A DNA stretch of 61,914 nt, taken from assembly GCA_017545225.1 (NCBI GenBank), contig JAFWPR010000145.1, positions 1-61,914 of the forward strand. The letters run 5' to 3'. The notes under the pieces are model-generated. The model worked only from the letters and a program-made list of their open reading frames with translations. It had not been told where the DNA came from and did no database searches. Made by a program: the position numbers and the translations under genes. Every line of letters starts with the position of its first letter. Position 1 is the first letter of the stretch. Origin of the DNA: Clostridia bacterium. Its GTDB lineage: Bacteria > Bacillota > Clostridia > Oscillospirales > CAG-272. Below are positions 29,357 through 37,057 of the stretch, piece by piece.

Positions 29357-29773
29357 TTACTTCTGTTTTTCAAGTATATCAAGCAATTCTCTCGGCGTCA
29401 CGATGAACGGCTTCTTCGGGAAGTGCTTGATATTTCCAGTGACGAGATAAGCGTTATCGTCCTTCTTTTCGAGAACGACCTCATAGAACGGAACGTCTTT
29501 CATATCCGGCAGAATGACGCCAGACGGAGTCGGATCAACGAGAATACCGAACTTTTCGATCGCCGAGAGCAAATAATCGACGAGTTCGGGAGAAAACCCG
29601 AATTTTCTGCGTTGAAGAACTTCTCTGTATTCGTTTGTGATCTCATTGCTGTAAATCGGTACGATCTCCCCGCCGAAAAGTTTTTCAAGCACCCGTACCG
29701 TCGCCGCATCGTCGTTCGAGGACAGTAAAGCCGATACCAAAACGTTCGTGTCGATCACTGCATAACAGTTCAT
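29357..29773 (-). CDS. PIN-domain toxin (type II TA)
   Basis: The N-terminus 'AVIDTNVLVSALL' carries the first PIN acidic residue, and 'LVTGNIKHF' is also present. The 138-aa gene has an ATG overlapping the antitoxin stop (ATGA). Confidence 0.8.
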   Translation of the reverse strand: MNCYAVIDTNVLVSALLSSNDDAATVRVLEKLFGGEIVPIYSNEITNEYREVLQRRKFGFSPELVDYLLSAIEKFGILVDPTPSGVILPDMKDVPFYEVVLEKKDDNAYLVTGNIKHFPKKPFIVTPRELLDILEKQK

Positions 29774-30069
29774 TCATCGATCCCCTTGCGCGCGCGGCGG
29801 ATCTCTTCGTTGATCTCGTCAAGAGTCATCCCGCTGACTCCGTTTGCCTTCGCCCGGGCGCGTAACGCTCTGATGGCGTCCAAAGCGCCCTCTCTCGTTA
29901 TCTCATTATCGGAAGATGCGATCTCAAACGGGATCCTGCGCTCTCTGACTACCGCGCGGGCAAACACGTTGATCGCTACGGATGCGTTCATTCCGAACTC
30001 CTGACATAATCCGTCGAACTGTTTTTTTAAAGTTTCGTCCATTCGGACGCTGAAAGTCGATTGTGCCAT
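29770..30069 (-). CDS. RelB/DinJ-family antitoxin
   Basis: The translation 'FSVRMDETLKKQFDGLCQEFGMNASVAINVFARAVVRERRIPFE' is typical of the DinJ/RelB ribbon-helix-helix. GGAGGTG lies upstream. Confidence 0.8.
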   Translation of the reverse strand: MAQSTFSVRMDETLKKQFDGLCQEFGMNASVAINVFARAVVRERRIPFEIASSDNEITREGALDAIRALRARAKANGVSGMTLDEINEEIRRARKGIDE

Positions 30070-30091
30070 TTTTCACACCTCCTTGTTATAT

Positions 30092-30119
30092 ATTATACTC
30101 ATTCGGTGCGTTTTGTCAA
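30092..30119 (-). promoter_or_regulatory. near-consensus promoter of the RelB/PIN operon
   Basis: On the minus strand: TTGACA (30119-30114), a 16-nt spacer, then TATAAT (30097-30092). A second GTTTTGTCAA box lies 31 nt upstream (30141-30150). Confidence 0.55.
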
Positions 30120-30183
30120 CTATTTGAACACAAAAGGTGAGTTTTGTCAATTATTAACATCAAAAAACGAGTTCTCCAGCTTG

Positions 30184-30285
30184 AACTTTCTAAAGTCCAC
30201 TTTACAAACTTCGTAAAAACGCAAACTTTCTAAAGTCCACTTTACAAACTTCGTAAAAACGCAAACTTTCTAAAGTGAACTTTAG
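30184..30285. repeat. 40-bp tandem direct repeat (2.5 copies) with palindromic core TAAAGTnnACTTTA
   Basis: The unit aactttctaaagtccactttacaaacttcgtaaaaacgca occurs at 30184-30223 and 30224-30263. A partial third copy at 30264-30285 has the core TAAAGTGAACTTTA. Confidence 0.9.
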
Positions 30286-30379
30286 TTTTTTGTTACTTTT
30301 TTCGGCAGATTTTCATTCCCGGGTAAGATCTGACGAAAAAAGACGCGTAGGCGTATCTCTCCGAGTCTTCATTTGCATG

Positions 30380-30406
30380 AAAAAGCCGGGATCCGAAGAT
30401 CCCGGC
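30380..30406 (-). terminator. rho-independent terminator of serS
   Basis: The stem is gccgggatc/gatcccggc with loop cgaa (ttcg on the minus strand), followed by T5 on the minus strand. It lies 13 nt after the serS stop. Confidence 0.7.
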
Positions 30407-30418
30407 TCAATTATTCTT

Positions 30419-31720
30419 TTATTCCCTCGGGCCGCGGTTGGGAGTGAGCACTTCCTTGCCGCCCATGTAGGGGCGGAGCGGCTGCGGGATCCTGACCGAC
30501 ATATCGGGCTGAAGGTTGTTCTCGAGGAACGCGATCAGCATGCGCGGCGGAGCGACGACGGTGTTGTTGAGCGTGTGCGGCAGGTACTTCTTTCCGTCCT
30601 TGTCCGCGACTCTCATTTTGAGCCTTCTCGCCTGCGCGTCGCCGAGGTTCGAGCAGCTGCCGACCTCGAAATACTTCTTCTGACGCGGGGACCACGCCTC
30701 GACGTCGACCGATTTGACCTTGAGGTCCGCGAGGTCTCCGGAGCAGCACTCGAGCGTGCGGACCGGGATATCGAGCGACCTGAACAGGTCGACGGTGTGC
30801 TGCCAGAGGCGGTCGAACCACACGGGGCTCTCCTCCGGACGGCAGACGACGATCATTTCCTGCTTCTCGAACTGGTGGATGCGGTAGACGCCCCTCTCCT
30901 CGATGCCGTGCGCGCCCTTTTCCTTGCGGAAGCAGGGGGAATACGACGTGAGGGTGTAGGGGAGCTTGTCCTCCGGGATTATCTGGTCGATGAACCGTCC
31001 GATCATCGAGTGTTCGCTCGTGCCTATGAGATAGAGGTCCTCGTCCTCGATCTTGTACATCATCGCGTCCATTTCGGCAAAGCTCATGACGCCGGTGACG
31101 ACGCCGGAGCGGATCATGAACGGCGGGACGACGTACGTGAAGCCGCGGTCGATCATGAAATCGCGCGCGTAGGATATGACGGCGGAGTGGAGTCTTGCGA
31201 TATCGCCGATCAGATAGTAAAATCCGTTGCCCGCGACGCGGCGCGCGCCGTCGAGGTCGATTCCGCCGAAGCCCTCCATGATCTCCGTGTGGTACGGGAT
31301 CTCGAAGTCGGGAACGGCCGGTTCTCCGAAACGCTCGACTTCAACGTTCTCGCTGTCGTCCTTCCCTATCGGAACGGACGGGTCGATTATGTTCGGGATC
31401 GTCATCATTATCTTTCTGATGCGCTCCGCGAACTGCTCTTCCTTCTGCTCGAGAGCGGCGAGAGCGGCGGACTCCTCGCTGACCTTGCGCTTCGCCTCCT
31501 CGGCCTCATCGCGCTTGCCCTGCGCCATCAGGCCGCCGATCATCTTCGAGATCTTGTTGCGGTTCGCGCGCAGTTCGTCCGCTTCCTTCATTACGGCGCG
31601 GTTCGCCTCGTCCAGCGTGATGACCTCGTCGACGAGCGGAAGCTTGTCGTCCTGGAACTTCTTTCTGATATTCTCCTTTACCGCTTCCGGATTCTCTCTT
31701 AAGAATTTGATGTCAAGCAT
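30419..31720 (-). CDS. serS: seryl-tRNA synthetase
   Basis: It has an N-terminal coiled-coil arm 'MLDIKFLRENPEAVKENIRKK' and a class II core ('LYLIGTSEH', 'CFRKE', 'RIHQFEKQE'). Confidence 0.95.
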   Translation of the reverse strand: MLDIKFLRENPEAVKENIRKKFQDDKLPLVDEVITLDEANRAVMKEADELRANRNKISKMIGGLMAQGKRDEAEEAKRKVSEESAALAALEQKEEQFAERIRKIMMTIPNIIDPSVPIGKDDSENVEVERFGEPAVPDFEIPYHTEIMEGFGGIDLDGARRVAGNGFYYLIGDIARLHSAVISYARDFMIDRGFTYVVPPFMIRSGVVTGVMSFAEMDAMMYKIEDEDLYLIGTSEHSMIGRFIDQIIPEDKLPYTLTSYSPCFRKEKGAHGIEERGVYRIHQFEKQEMIVVCRPEESPVWFDRLWQHTVDLFRSLDIPVRTLECCSGDLADLKVKSVDVEAWSPRQKKYFEVGSCSNLGDAQARRLKMRVADKDGKKYLPHTLNNTVVAPPRMLIAFLENNLQPDMSVRIPQPLRPYMGGKEVLTPNRGPRE

Positions 31721-31778
31721 TTTTGAAAAACGCCGCCTTTCGTGTCGTTTTTTTGATATATATTCCGCCCCGCGGGGT

Positions 31779-32651
31779 TCAAAGTCTTTCGGTATTGAAA
31801 TCCTCGTAGCCCTTGCCGAAGACCTCCGAGGACGTCGTGACGATCATAAACGCGTTTTCGTCCACGCTCTTCACGAGCTGTTTGAGCGTCGGGAATACGC
31901 TGTTTCTGATCACGCAGAGGATGATTTTTCGGTCCGATTTGGTGTAAGCGCCCATCCCGTCGAGGATCGTCGCGCCCGCGTGCGTTTCCGTGAGGATCGC
32001 CTCCGCCATCTTCTCCGAGTTGTCCGTGATGATATATACCGTCTTCGAGTCGCTTCCGCCGTACAGCACGAGGTCGAAGACCTTGTTGCTGACGACGATC
32101 GTCAGAGCGGAGTAGAGCGTGCCCTGAACGTCGCGCGTGACGGCGAAATAGAAGACGCATACGACGAGGCCGAGCGCTGCGGCGATGACGCCGCCCTTCA
32201 GGTGCCTCAGTTTTCTGTGAATGAGTTTGGTTATGATGTCCGAGCCACCGGTCGACGAGCCGTTCCTCATGATGAGGCCAATACCCGCGCCGTTGAAGAG
32301 CGCGCCGGCGAGAGCCGAGAGGAGCATATCGTCCGTGAACGGGAGAAATCTGCCGAGCAGGAATGCGGCAAGGTCGATCGCCGCCGACGTGAGGACGATG
32401 CCGATCATCGAGTTGATCGCGAATCTCGGCTTGAACTTGAAGAACGAGATGATGATCAGCGGGATATTCACGATGAGGACGCACAAACCGACCGGTATCT
32501 CGTGAATGAGGTTGACGACGTTGAAAACGCCGACGACGCCGCCGGTGGCGATCTTCGCCGCCTGGATGAAGCACGTCGTTCCGATGCCGTAGAGCGCCGC
32601 GCCGAGGATAATGAGAAAATACTGTCTGACGTAAAGAAGAAATTTCTTCAT
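31779..32651 (-). CDS. YitT-family membrane protein (DUF2179 C-terminal domain)
   Basis: It has multiple TM helices ('LIILGAALYGIGTTCFI', 'GGSDII') and a C-terminal soluble DUF2179-like part. Confidence 0.85.
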   Translation of the reverse strand: MKKFLLYVRQYFLIILGAALYGIGTTCFIQAAKIATGGVVGVFNVVNLIHEIPVGLCVLIVNIPLIIISFFKFKPRFAINSMIGIVLTSAAIDLAAFLLGRFLPFTDDMLLSALAGALFNGAGIGLIMRNGSSTGGSDIITKLIHRKLRHLKGGVIAAALGLVVCVFYFAVTRDVQGTLYSALTIVVSNKVFDLVLYGGSDSKTVYIITDNSEKMAEAILTETHAGATILDGMGAYTKSDRKIILCVIRNSVFPTLKQLVKSVDENAFMIVTTSSEVFGKGYEDFNTERL

Positions 32652-32664
32652 TTTTTAACGTCCT

Positions 32665-34467
32665 TTACTCGGCAGTGAAAATATAAGGATAGATCTCCTG
32701 ACCGCCGTCGACGAAATAGACCTCGGCGGACGGACAGTTCTCTTCAAGACATTTGCGGAGGTCTTCCTGATCCTCCTCGGTCGTGCCGGCTCCTCTGAAG
32801 ACGGTGAGCATGAATTTGTCCGGTTCCTCGAGGAGTTTGACGGCGAGACGGTACGCGGCGCATCTCATATCGGGGTCGGAGAGAACGATCTTCTTGCCCA
32901 TGATGCCGATCGTGTCGCCCTTGCGGATCTTCACGCCGTCCATCTCCGCGTCGCGGACGGCGGGAGAAATATATCCGGAGGTGACGTTCTGCATCGCCGC
33001 TTTCATCTCCTCGGCGATAGCGTCGGGATCGTCGCCGGAGAGGTCCGCCGCGGTGAGCGCGACGTAGCCGGTCCCGACGTCCTTGCTCGGGATCACGACG
33101 ACTTTCGCGTCGGTGTAGAACTTAGCCGCCTGAGACGCCGCCATGAAGATATTGCCGTTGTTGGGGAACACGAAGATGCACTCGGCGTGAATTTTCCCGA
33201 ACGCCTCCAGAAAGTCGTTCGTCGACGGGTTGCTCGTCTGGCCGCCTTCGATCGTCTGATCGGCGCCCATTTCGATGAACATATCCCTGATGCCAGGGCC
33301 GTTCGTGACGGCGACGACGCCGTATTTCTTCTTTTCGACCGGGATCTCGGGCGCGGGCTCCGCGCCTTCCGTCTCGGTGTGCTGGACCGACATATTCTCT
33401 ATCTTGACCGCGAGGAACTCGCCGAATTCGCGGCAGTGAGCGAGAACTTTCTCGGGCTCGAACGTGTGAACGTGGATCTTGACGATGGAGTCCGTCTTGA
33501 ACGCGACGATCGAGTTGCCGATACCGGACAGGAACTCTTTCAGCGGTTCGACGTCGAACGCGTCGATATCGGTCTTGTCGCGCATCAGCTGGATCAACAG
33601 CTCGGTGCAGTAGCCGTATTCCATTTTGCTGTCGGGACCGAAAGAGGAGCTCACAGCCGCCGCCTTCGCGGCGTGCGTCGGTGCGGGGACGGACGCCGTA
33701 TCGTCCTCGGCGTCTTCCTCGCCGTTGAGCACTTTGTTGAAGCCCTCCATGATATAGAGCAGTCCCGCGCCGCCGCTGTCGACGACTCCCGCCTCCTTGA
33801 GGACGGCGAGCGCCTCCGGCGTGCGCTCGAGCGATTCGTGCATCTCGCCGACGAAATCGGCGAAGAACGTGCGGATCGTCGAGGACGGAGTTATCTTTGA
33901 AGTCGCGTAGTCGACCGCCTCTCTCGCGACGGTGAGGATCGTCCCCTCGGTCGGAGTCATGACGGAAGCGTACGCCTGCTTGACGCCCATCTGAAGCGCC
34001 CTGCCGAGCGTGTAAGGATCGGCCTCGACGGCTCCCTCGAAGCCCTTGGCCGTTCCGGCGAAGAACTGCGACAGAATGACGCCGGAGTTCCCTCTCGCTC
34101 CGAGCAGCATACCGTGCGAGAATACGCGCATGACCTCGGCGAGGTCGTCCGTGTCGAGGTTTTCGATGGCGGCGATGCCGCTCTCTATCGTCATCCTCAT
34201 GTTGTCGCCGGTGTCGCCGTCGGGCACGGGAAAAACGTTGAGTTTATTAACTTTATCGGCGTTGGAACGAAGGAGCTTCGCGCCGCCCTTCGCCATTTTG
34301 CTCATAAGCCAGCCGGTGAGGTACTTGATATCGCGGGAGTCCTTTTTCTTCCCCTGGGACTTGCGGGGTTTGCTCTTTTTATCCGCCGATTTTTTATCGG
34401 ACGACACGGTCTTGACCGTTATTTTTTTCTTCGGAGCGGGAGTTTCCCCTTTTCCCGGTTTGAACAT
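32665..34467 (-). CDS. DAK2-domain protein, YloV-like, with Lys-rich N-terminal extension
   Basis: The translation 'LNVFPVPDGDTGDNM' is the Dak phosphatase-like motif. The C-terminal half resembles YloV. The ATG at 34467 lies 7 nt after AAGGAGG. Confidence 0.85.
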   Translation of the reverse strand: MFKPGKGETPAPKKKITVKTVSSDKKSADKKSKPRKSQGKKKDSRDIKYLTGWLMSKMAKGGAKLLRSNADKVNKLNVFPVPDGDTGDNMRMTIESGIAAIENLDTDDLAEVMRVFSHGMLLGARGNSGVILSQFFAGTAKGFEGAVEADPYTLGRALQMGVKQAYASVMTPTEGTILTVAREAVDYATSKITPSSTIRTFFADFVGEMHESLERTPEALAVLKEAGVVDSGGAGLLYIMEGFNKVLNGEEDAEDDTASVPAPTHAAKAAAVSSSFGPDSKMEYGYCTELLIQLMRDKTDIDAFDVEPLKEFLSGIGNSIVAFKTDSIVKIHVHTFEPEKVLAHCREFGEFLAVKIENMSVQHTETEGAEPAPEIPVEKKKYGVVAVTNGPGIRDMFIEMGADQTIEGGQTSNPSTNDFLEAFGKIHAECIFVFPNNGNIFMAASQAAKFYTDAKVVVIPSKDVGTGYVALTAADLSGDDPDAIAEEMKAAMQNVTSGYISPAVRDAEMDGVKIRKGDTIGIMGKKIVLSDPDMRCAAYRLAVKLLEEPDKFMLTVFRGAGTTEEDQEDLRKCLEENCPSAEVYFVDGGQEIYPYIFTAE

Positions 34468-34531
34468 AAGGCCGCCTCCTTCTTCCTGAAATGATGAGAA
34501 ACGGAAATATGCCGTATAGGCGCCGTTCGGG

Positions 34532-35398
34532 TTATCTGTGCTCGCCTACGAAGAACAGAGCGAGCGTGCCGGGACCGCTGTGCGCCCCGATGACGGTGCC
34601 GGTGTAAGTCACGAGTTTGACCTCCGCGCCGTATCTGTCGGCGAGGACCTGCTTCAGCACCTCGACGTCGGAGTCGCAGTCGCCGTGGCAGATGAAGACG
34701 GTGCCGCCCTTCTTGTCGAGCGCGAGTTCGCCGTATTTGTCGGCGAGAGCCGTGACGGAGGACCGTCTCCCTCTCACCTTGAACATATTTATGAGGTGGC
34801 CCTCGTCGTCCATGTGCAGGACCGGCTTGATGCCGAGCGCGTTGCCCACGAACGCGAGCGTCGGGCTGATGCGGCCGCCGCGCTTGAGATAGACGAGGTC
34901 GTCGACGGTGAACCAGTGGCACAGATGGAATCTCGTTTCCTCGGCGAACGCCGCCGCTTCTTCAATAGTCGCGCCCTCGTTCTTCATTCCGACCGTCAGG
35001 TAAAGCAGAAGCCCGAAGCCTGCGGAAGCGGAGAGAGAGTCGACCGTGAAGATCTTTCTGTCCGGATATTTTTCGCGGAGCTGTTCCGCGGCGAGGCGGC
35101 CGGAGTTGTACGTGGTCGAAAGGCCGCTCGAAAAGCCGATATAAAGAAGATCTTTTCCCGCCGCGAGGATCTTATCGAACTCCTCGGTGAAGCGTTCGGC
35201 GTTGACCGCCGCCGTTTTAGCGACGGCGCCCTCCCGCATTTTGGCGTAGAACTCGCGGGGGTCGATCTCGCCGTCGACGTATTCTTTTTCCGAATCGGAG
35301 AATCTGAAAGTCAGGGGAAGGAAGTCCACTCCCCACTCTTTCAGGATCTCGGGTTTGATATCGCACGCTGAGTCCGCGTATATGATATATTCATTCAT
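34532..35398 (-). CDS. DegV-family fatty-acid-binding protein
   Basis: The translation contains 'IIYADSACDI', 'KTAAVN', 'GFSSGLSTTYNS' and 'IGAHSGPGTLALFF'. Confidence 0.9.
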   Translation of the reverse strand: MNEYIIYADSACDIKPEILKEWGVDFLPLTFRFSDSEKEYVDGEIDPREFYAKMREGAVAKTAAVNAERFTEEFDKILAAGKDLLYIGFSSGLSTTYNSGRLAAEQLREKYPDRKIFTVDSLSASAGFGLLLYLTVGMKNEGATIEEAAAFAEETRFHLCHWFTVDDLVYLKRGGRISPTLAFVGNALGIKPVLHMDDEGHLINMFKVRGRRSSVTALADKYGELALDKKGGTVFICHGDCDSDVEVLKQVLADRYGAEVKLVTYTGTVIGAHSGPGTLALFFVGEHR

Positions 35399-35576
35399 CT
35401 GTTAGTATCTCCTTAAAAAAGCACTTCCATAATATTCTATCATTTTTTACCTTTCAAATCAACCTCGTTTTCCCCCCGCCGATAAAATTTAAAACAAATT
35501 CGTTGATTTACACGAAGAAGGATGATAAAATATGTGGTATCGGGTCAAGTGTAACCATGAAAGGCAGACAAACTCC

Positions 35577-36449
35577 ATGAAAATATCAGAAATCATTTCA
35601 AGCGGGGTCCCTTCTCTCTCGTTCGAGATCTTCCCTCCGAAGGTCGACACGGCTCTTGCGGACGTAAAGGAAGCGGCGCGGAAGATCGCCGCTCTTTCGC
35701 CGTCGTTCATGAGCGTGACGTACGGAGCGGGAGGCACGACGGCGGGACTGACGCTCGAGGTCGCCGACGCCGTCGAGAACGGGTTCGGCGTGACCGCGCT
35801 CGCCCATATGACCTGCCTTTCCTCCGACAAAAGCGTTATTAAGGAGCATCTCTCTGCCCTGCGCGAAAAGGGGATCGAGAACGTGCTGGCTCTGCGCGGG
35901 GACGTTCCCGCCGGGGCGGAGCCGCACCGCGGGGATTACGCCCACGCCTCCGATCTCGCGCGGGATATCGTGTCGTTCGGCGGATTCTGCGTCGGCGGCG
36001 CGTGCTACCCGGAGGGACACCCGGAGTCGCCCTCGCAGAAAGAGGACGTCGAAAACCTGAAAATAAAAGCGGAGGCGGGCTGCGAGTTCTTCACGACGCA
36101 GATGTTCTTCGACAACAATATCCTTTACAATTTCCTTTACAAAATCAGGGAGGCCGGGATCAAAGTCCCCGTGATAGCGGGGATCATGCCCGTGACGAAC
36201 GGGTCGCAGATAAAGCGTATCTGCGCGCTCTCCGGCACCGCCCTGCCGCAGAGATTCAAGCAAATAGTCGACAGGTATTCGTCCGACCCGCGCGCGATGG
36301 CGCAGGCGGGCATCGCGTACGCGACCGAGCAGATCGTCGACCTTTACGCCAACGGGATCGGCGCGGTCCACGTGTATTCGATGAACAAGCCCGAAGTCGC
36401 GGAGGCGATCGTCAGGAACGTCGGCGCGATAATAGGCAGGCCGGAATGA
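35577..36449 (+). CDS. metF: 5,10-methylenetetrahydrofolate reductase
   Basis: The translation contains 'SFEIFPPK', 'FMSVTYGAGG', 'LAHMTC' and 'LALRGD'. I chose the start at 35577 (MKISEI) because a TTGATT-17-TAAAAT promoter-like element ends at 35530. That would place the transcription start downstream of the alternative ATG at 35532. Confidence 0.85.
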   Translation: MKISEIISSGVPSLSFEIFPPKVDTALADVKEAARKIAALSPSFMSVTYGAGGTTAGLTLEVADAVENGFGVTALAHMTCLSSDKSVIKEHLSALREKGIENVLALRGDVPAGAEPHRGDYAHASDLARDIVSFGGFCVGGACYPEGHPESPSQKEDVENLKIKAEAGCEFFTTQMFFDNNILYNFLYKIREAGIKVPVIAGIMPVTNGSQIKRICALSGTALPQRFKQIVDRYSSDPRAMAQAGIAYATEQIVDLYANGIGAVHVYSMNKPEVAEAIVRNVGAIIGRPE

Positions 36450-37057
36450 AGGCGGGCGTGCTCGAGCCGTTCTCATACGGTGCGGACGAGATAAAGATAT
36501 CCCCTCGGGAGTATCTGCGCTACATGGGCGCGGGAGCGGAGTCCGACGGGGCTCTGACGGCATTGATAGACGATTGCCTAAAAGAAGTGAAAGACGCCCT
36601 TCGCATAAGGGGCGTGATGAGGACGTCGGAGGTCGCGATCGACGCGCCGACGGTCCGTTTTTCGTTTTGCGGGATCGAAAGCAGGTCGCTTTCAAAAAAC
36701 CTTTCGGGGTGCTCCTCCTCCGTTCTTTTCGCGATTACGGCGGGGGCGGGGATCGACCGGCTGATATCGAAATATTCCGCCGTTTCGCCCTCCCGCGCGC
36801 TGGTGATCGACGCGATCGCCTCCGCCGCCGTCGAGGGCGCGGCGAACAAGCTGAACGCGGCGGTAAAAGAGCGGTACGGTAAGACGAAACCGAGGTTTTC
36901 CCCGGGATTCGGGGATCTTCCGCTCGATTTTCAGCGCGATCTGCTCTCTTTCACCGACGCGGGCAGACGCGCGGGCGTCCTTCTTACGGCGACGATGATG
37001 CTGACGCCGATGAAATCGACCACGGCGATAATCGGGATTTGCGAGGAACAAAAATGA
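36446..37057 (+). CDS. stand-alone methionine synthase activation (AdoMet-binding) domain protein
   Basis: The translation 'RFSPGFGDLPLDFQRDLL...MLTPMKSTTAIIGI' matches the MetH C-terminal activation-domain pattern. ATGA overlaps link it to both metF and metH. Confidence 0.8.
   Translation: MKAGVLEPFSYGADEIKISPREYLRYMGAGAESDGALTALIDDCLKEVKDALRIRGVMRTSEVAIDAPTVRFSFCGIESRSLSKNLSGCSSSVLFAITAGAGIDRLISKYSAVSPSRALVIDAIASAAVEGAANKLNAAVKERYGKTKPRFSPGFGDLPLDFQRDLLSFTDAGRRAGVLLTATMMLTPMKSTTAIIGICEEQK

Noticed and set aside
30184-30285. A possible mini-CRISPR array.
   Set aside because: The 40-nt units are directly abutting with no spacers. There is no leader-like organisation and there are no cas genes in the window. 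It is a simple tandem repeat.
35489-35830. A 113-aa minus-strand ORF overlapping the metF start region.
   Set aside because: It overlaps the metF promoter and N-terminus on the opposite strand, and it has no RBS or motif.
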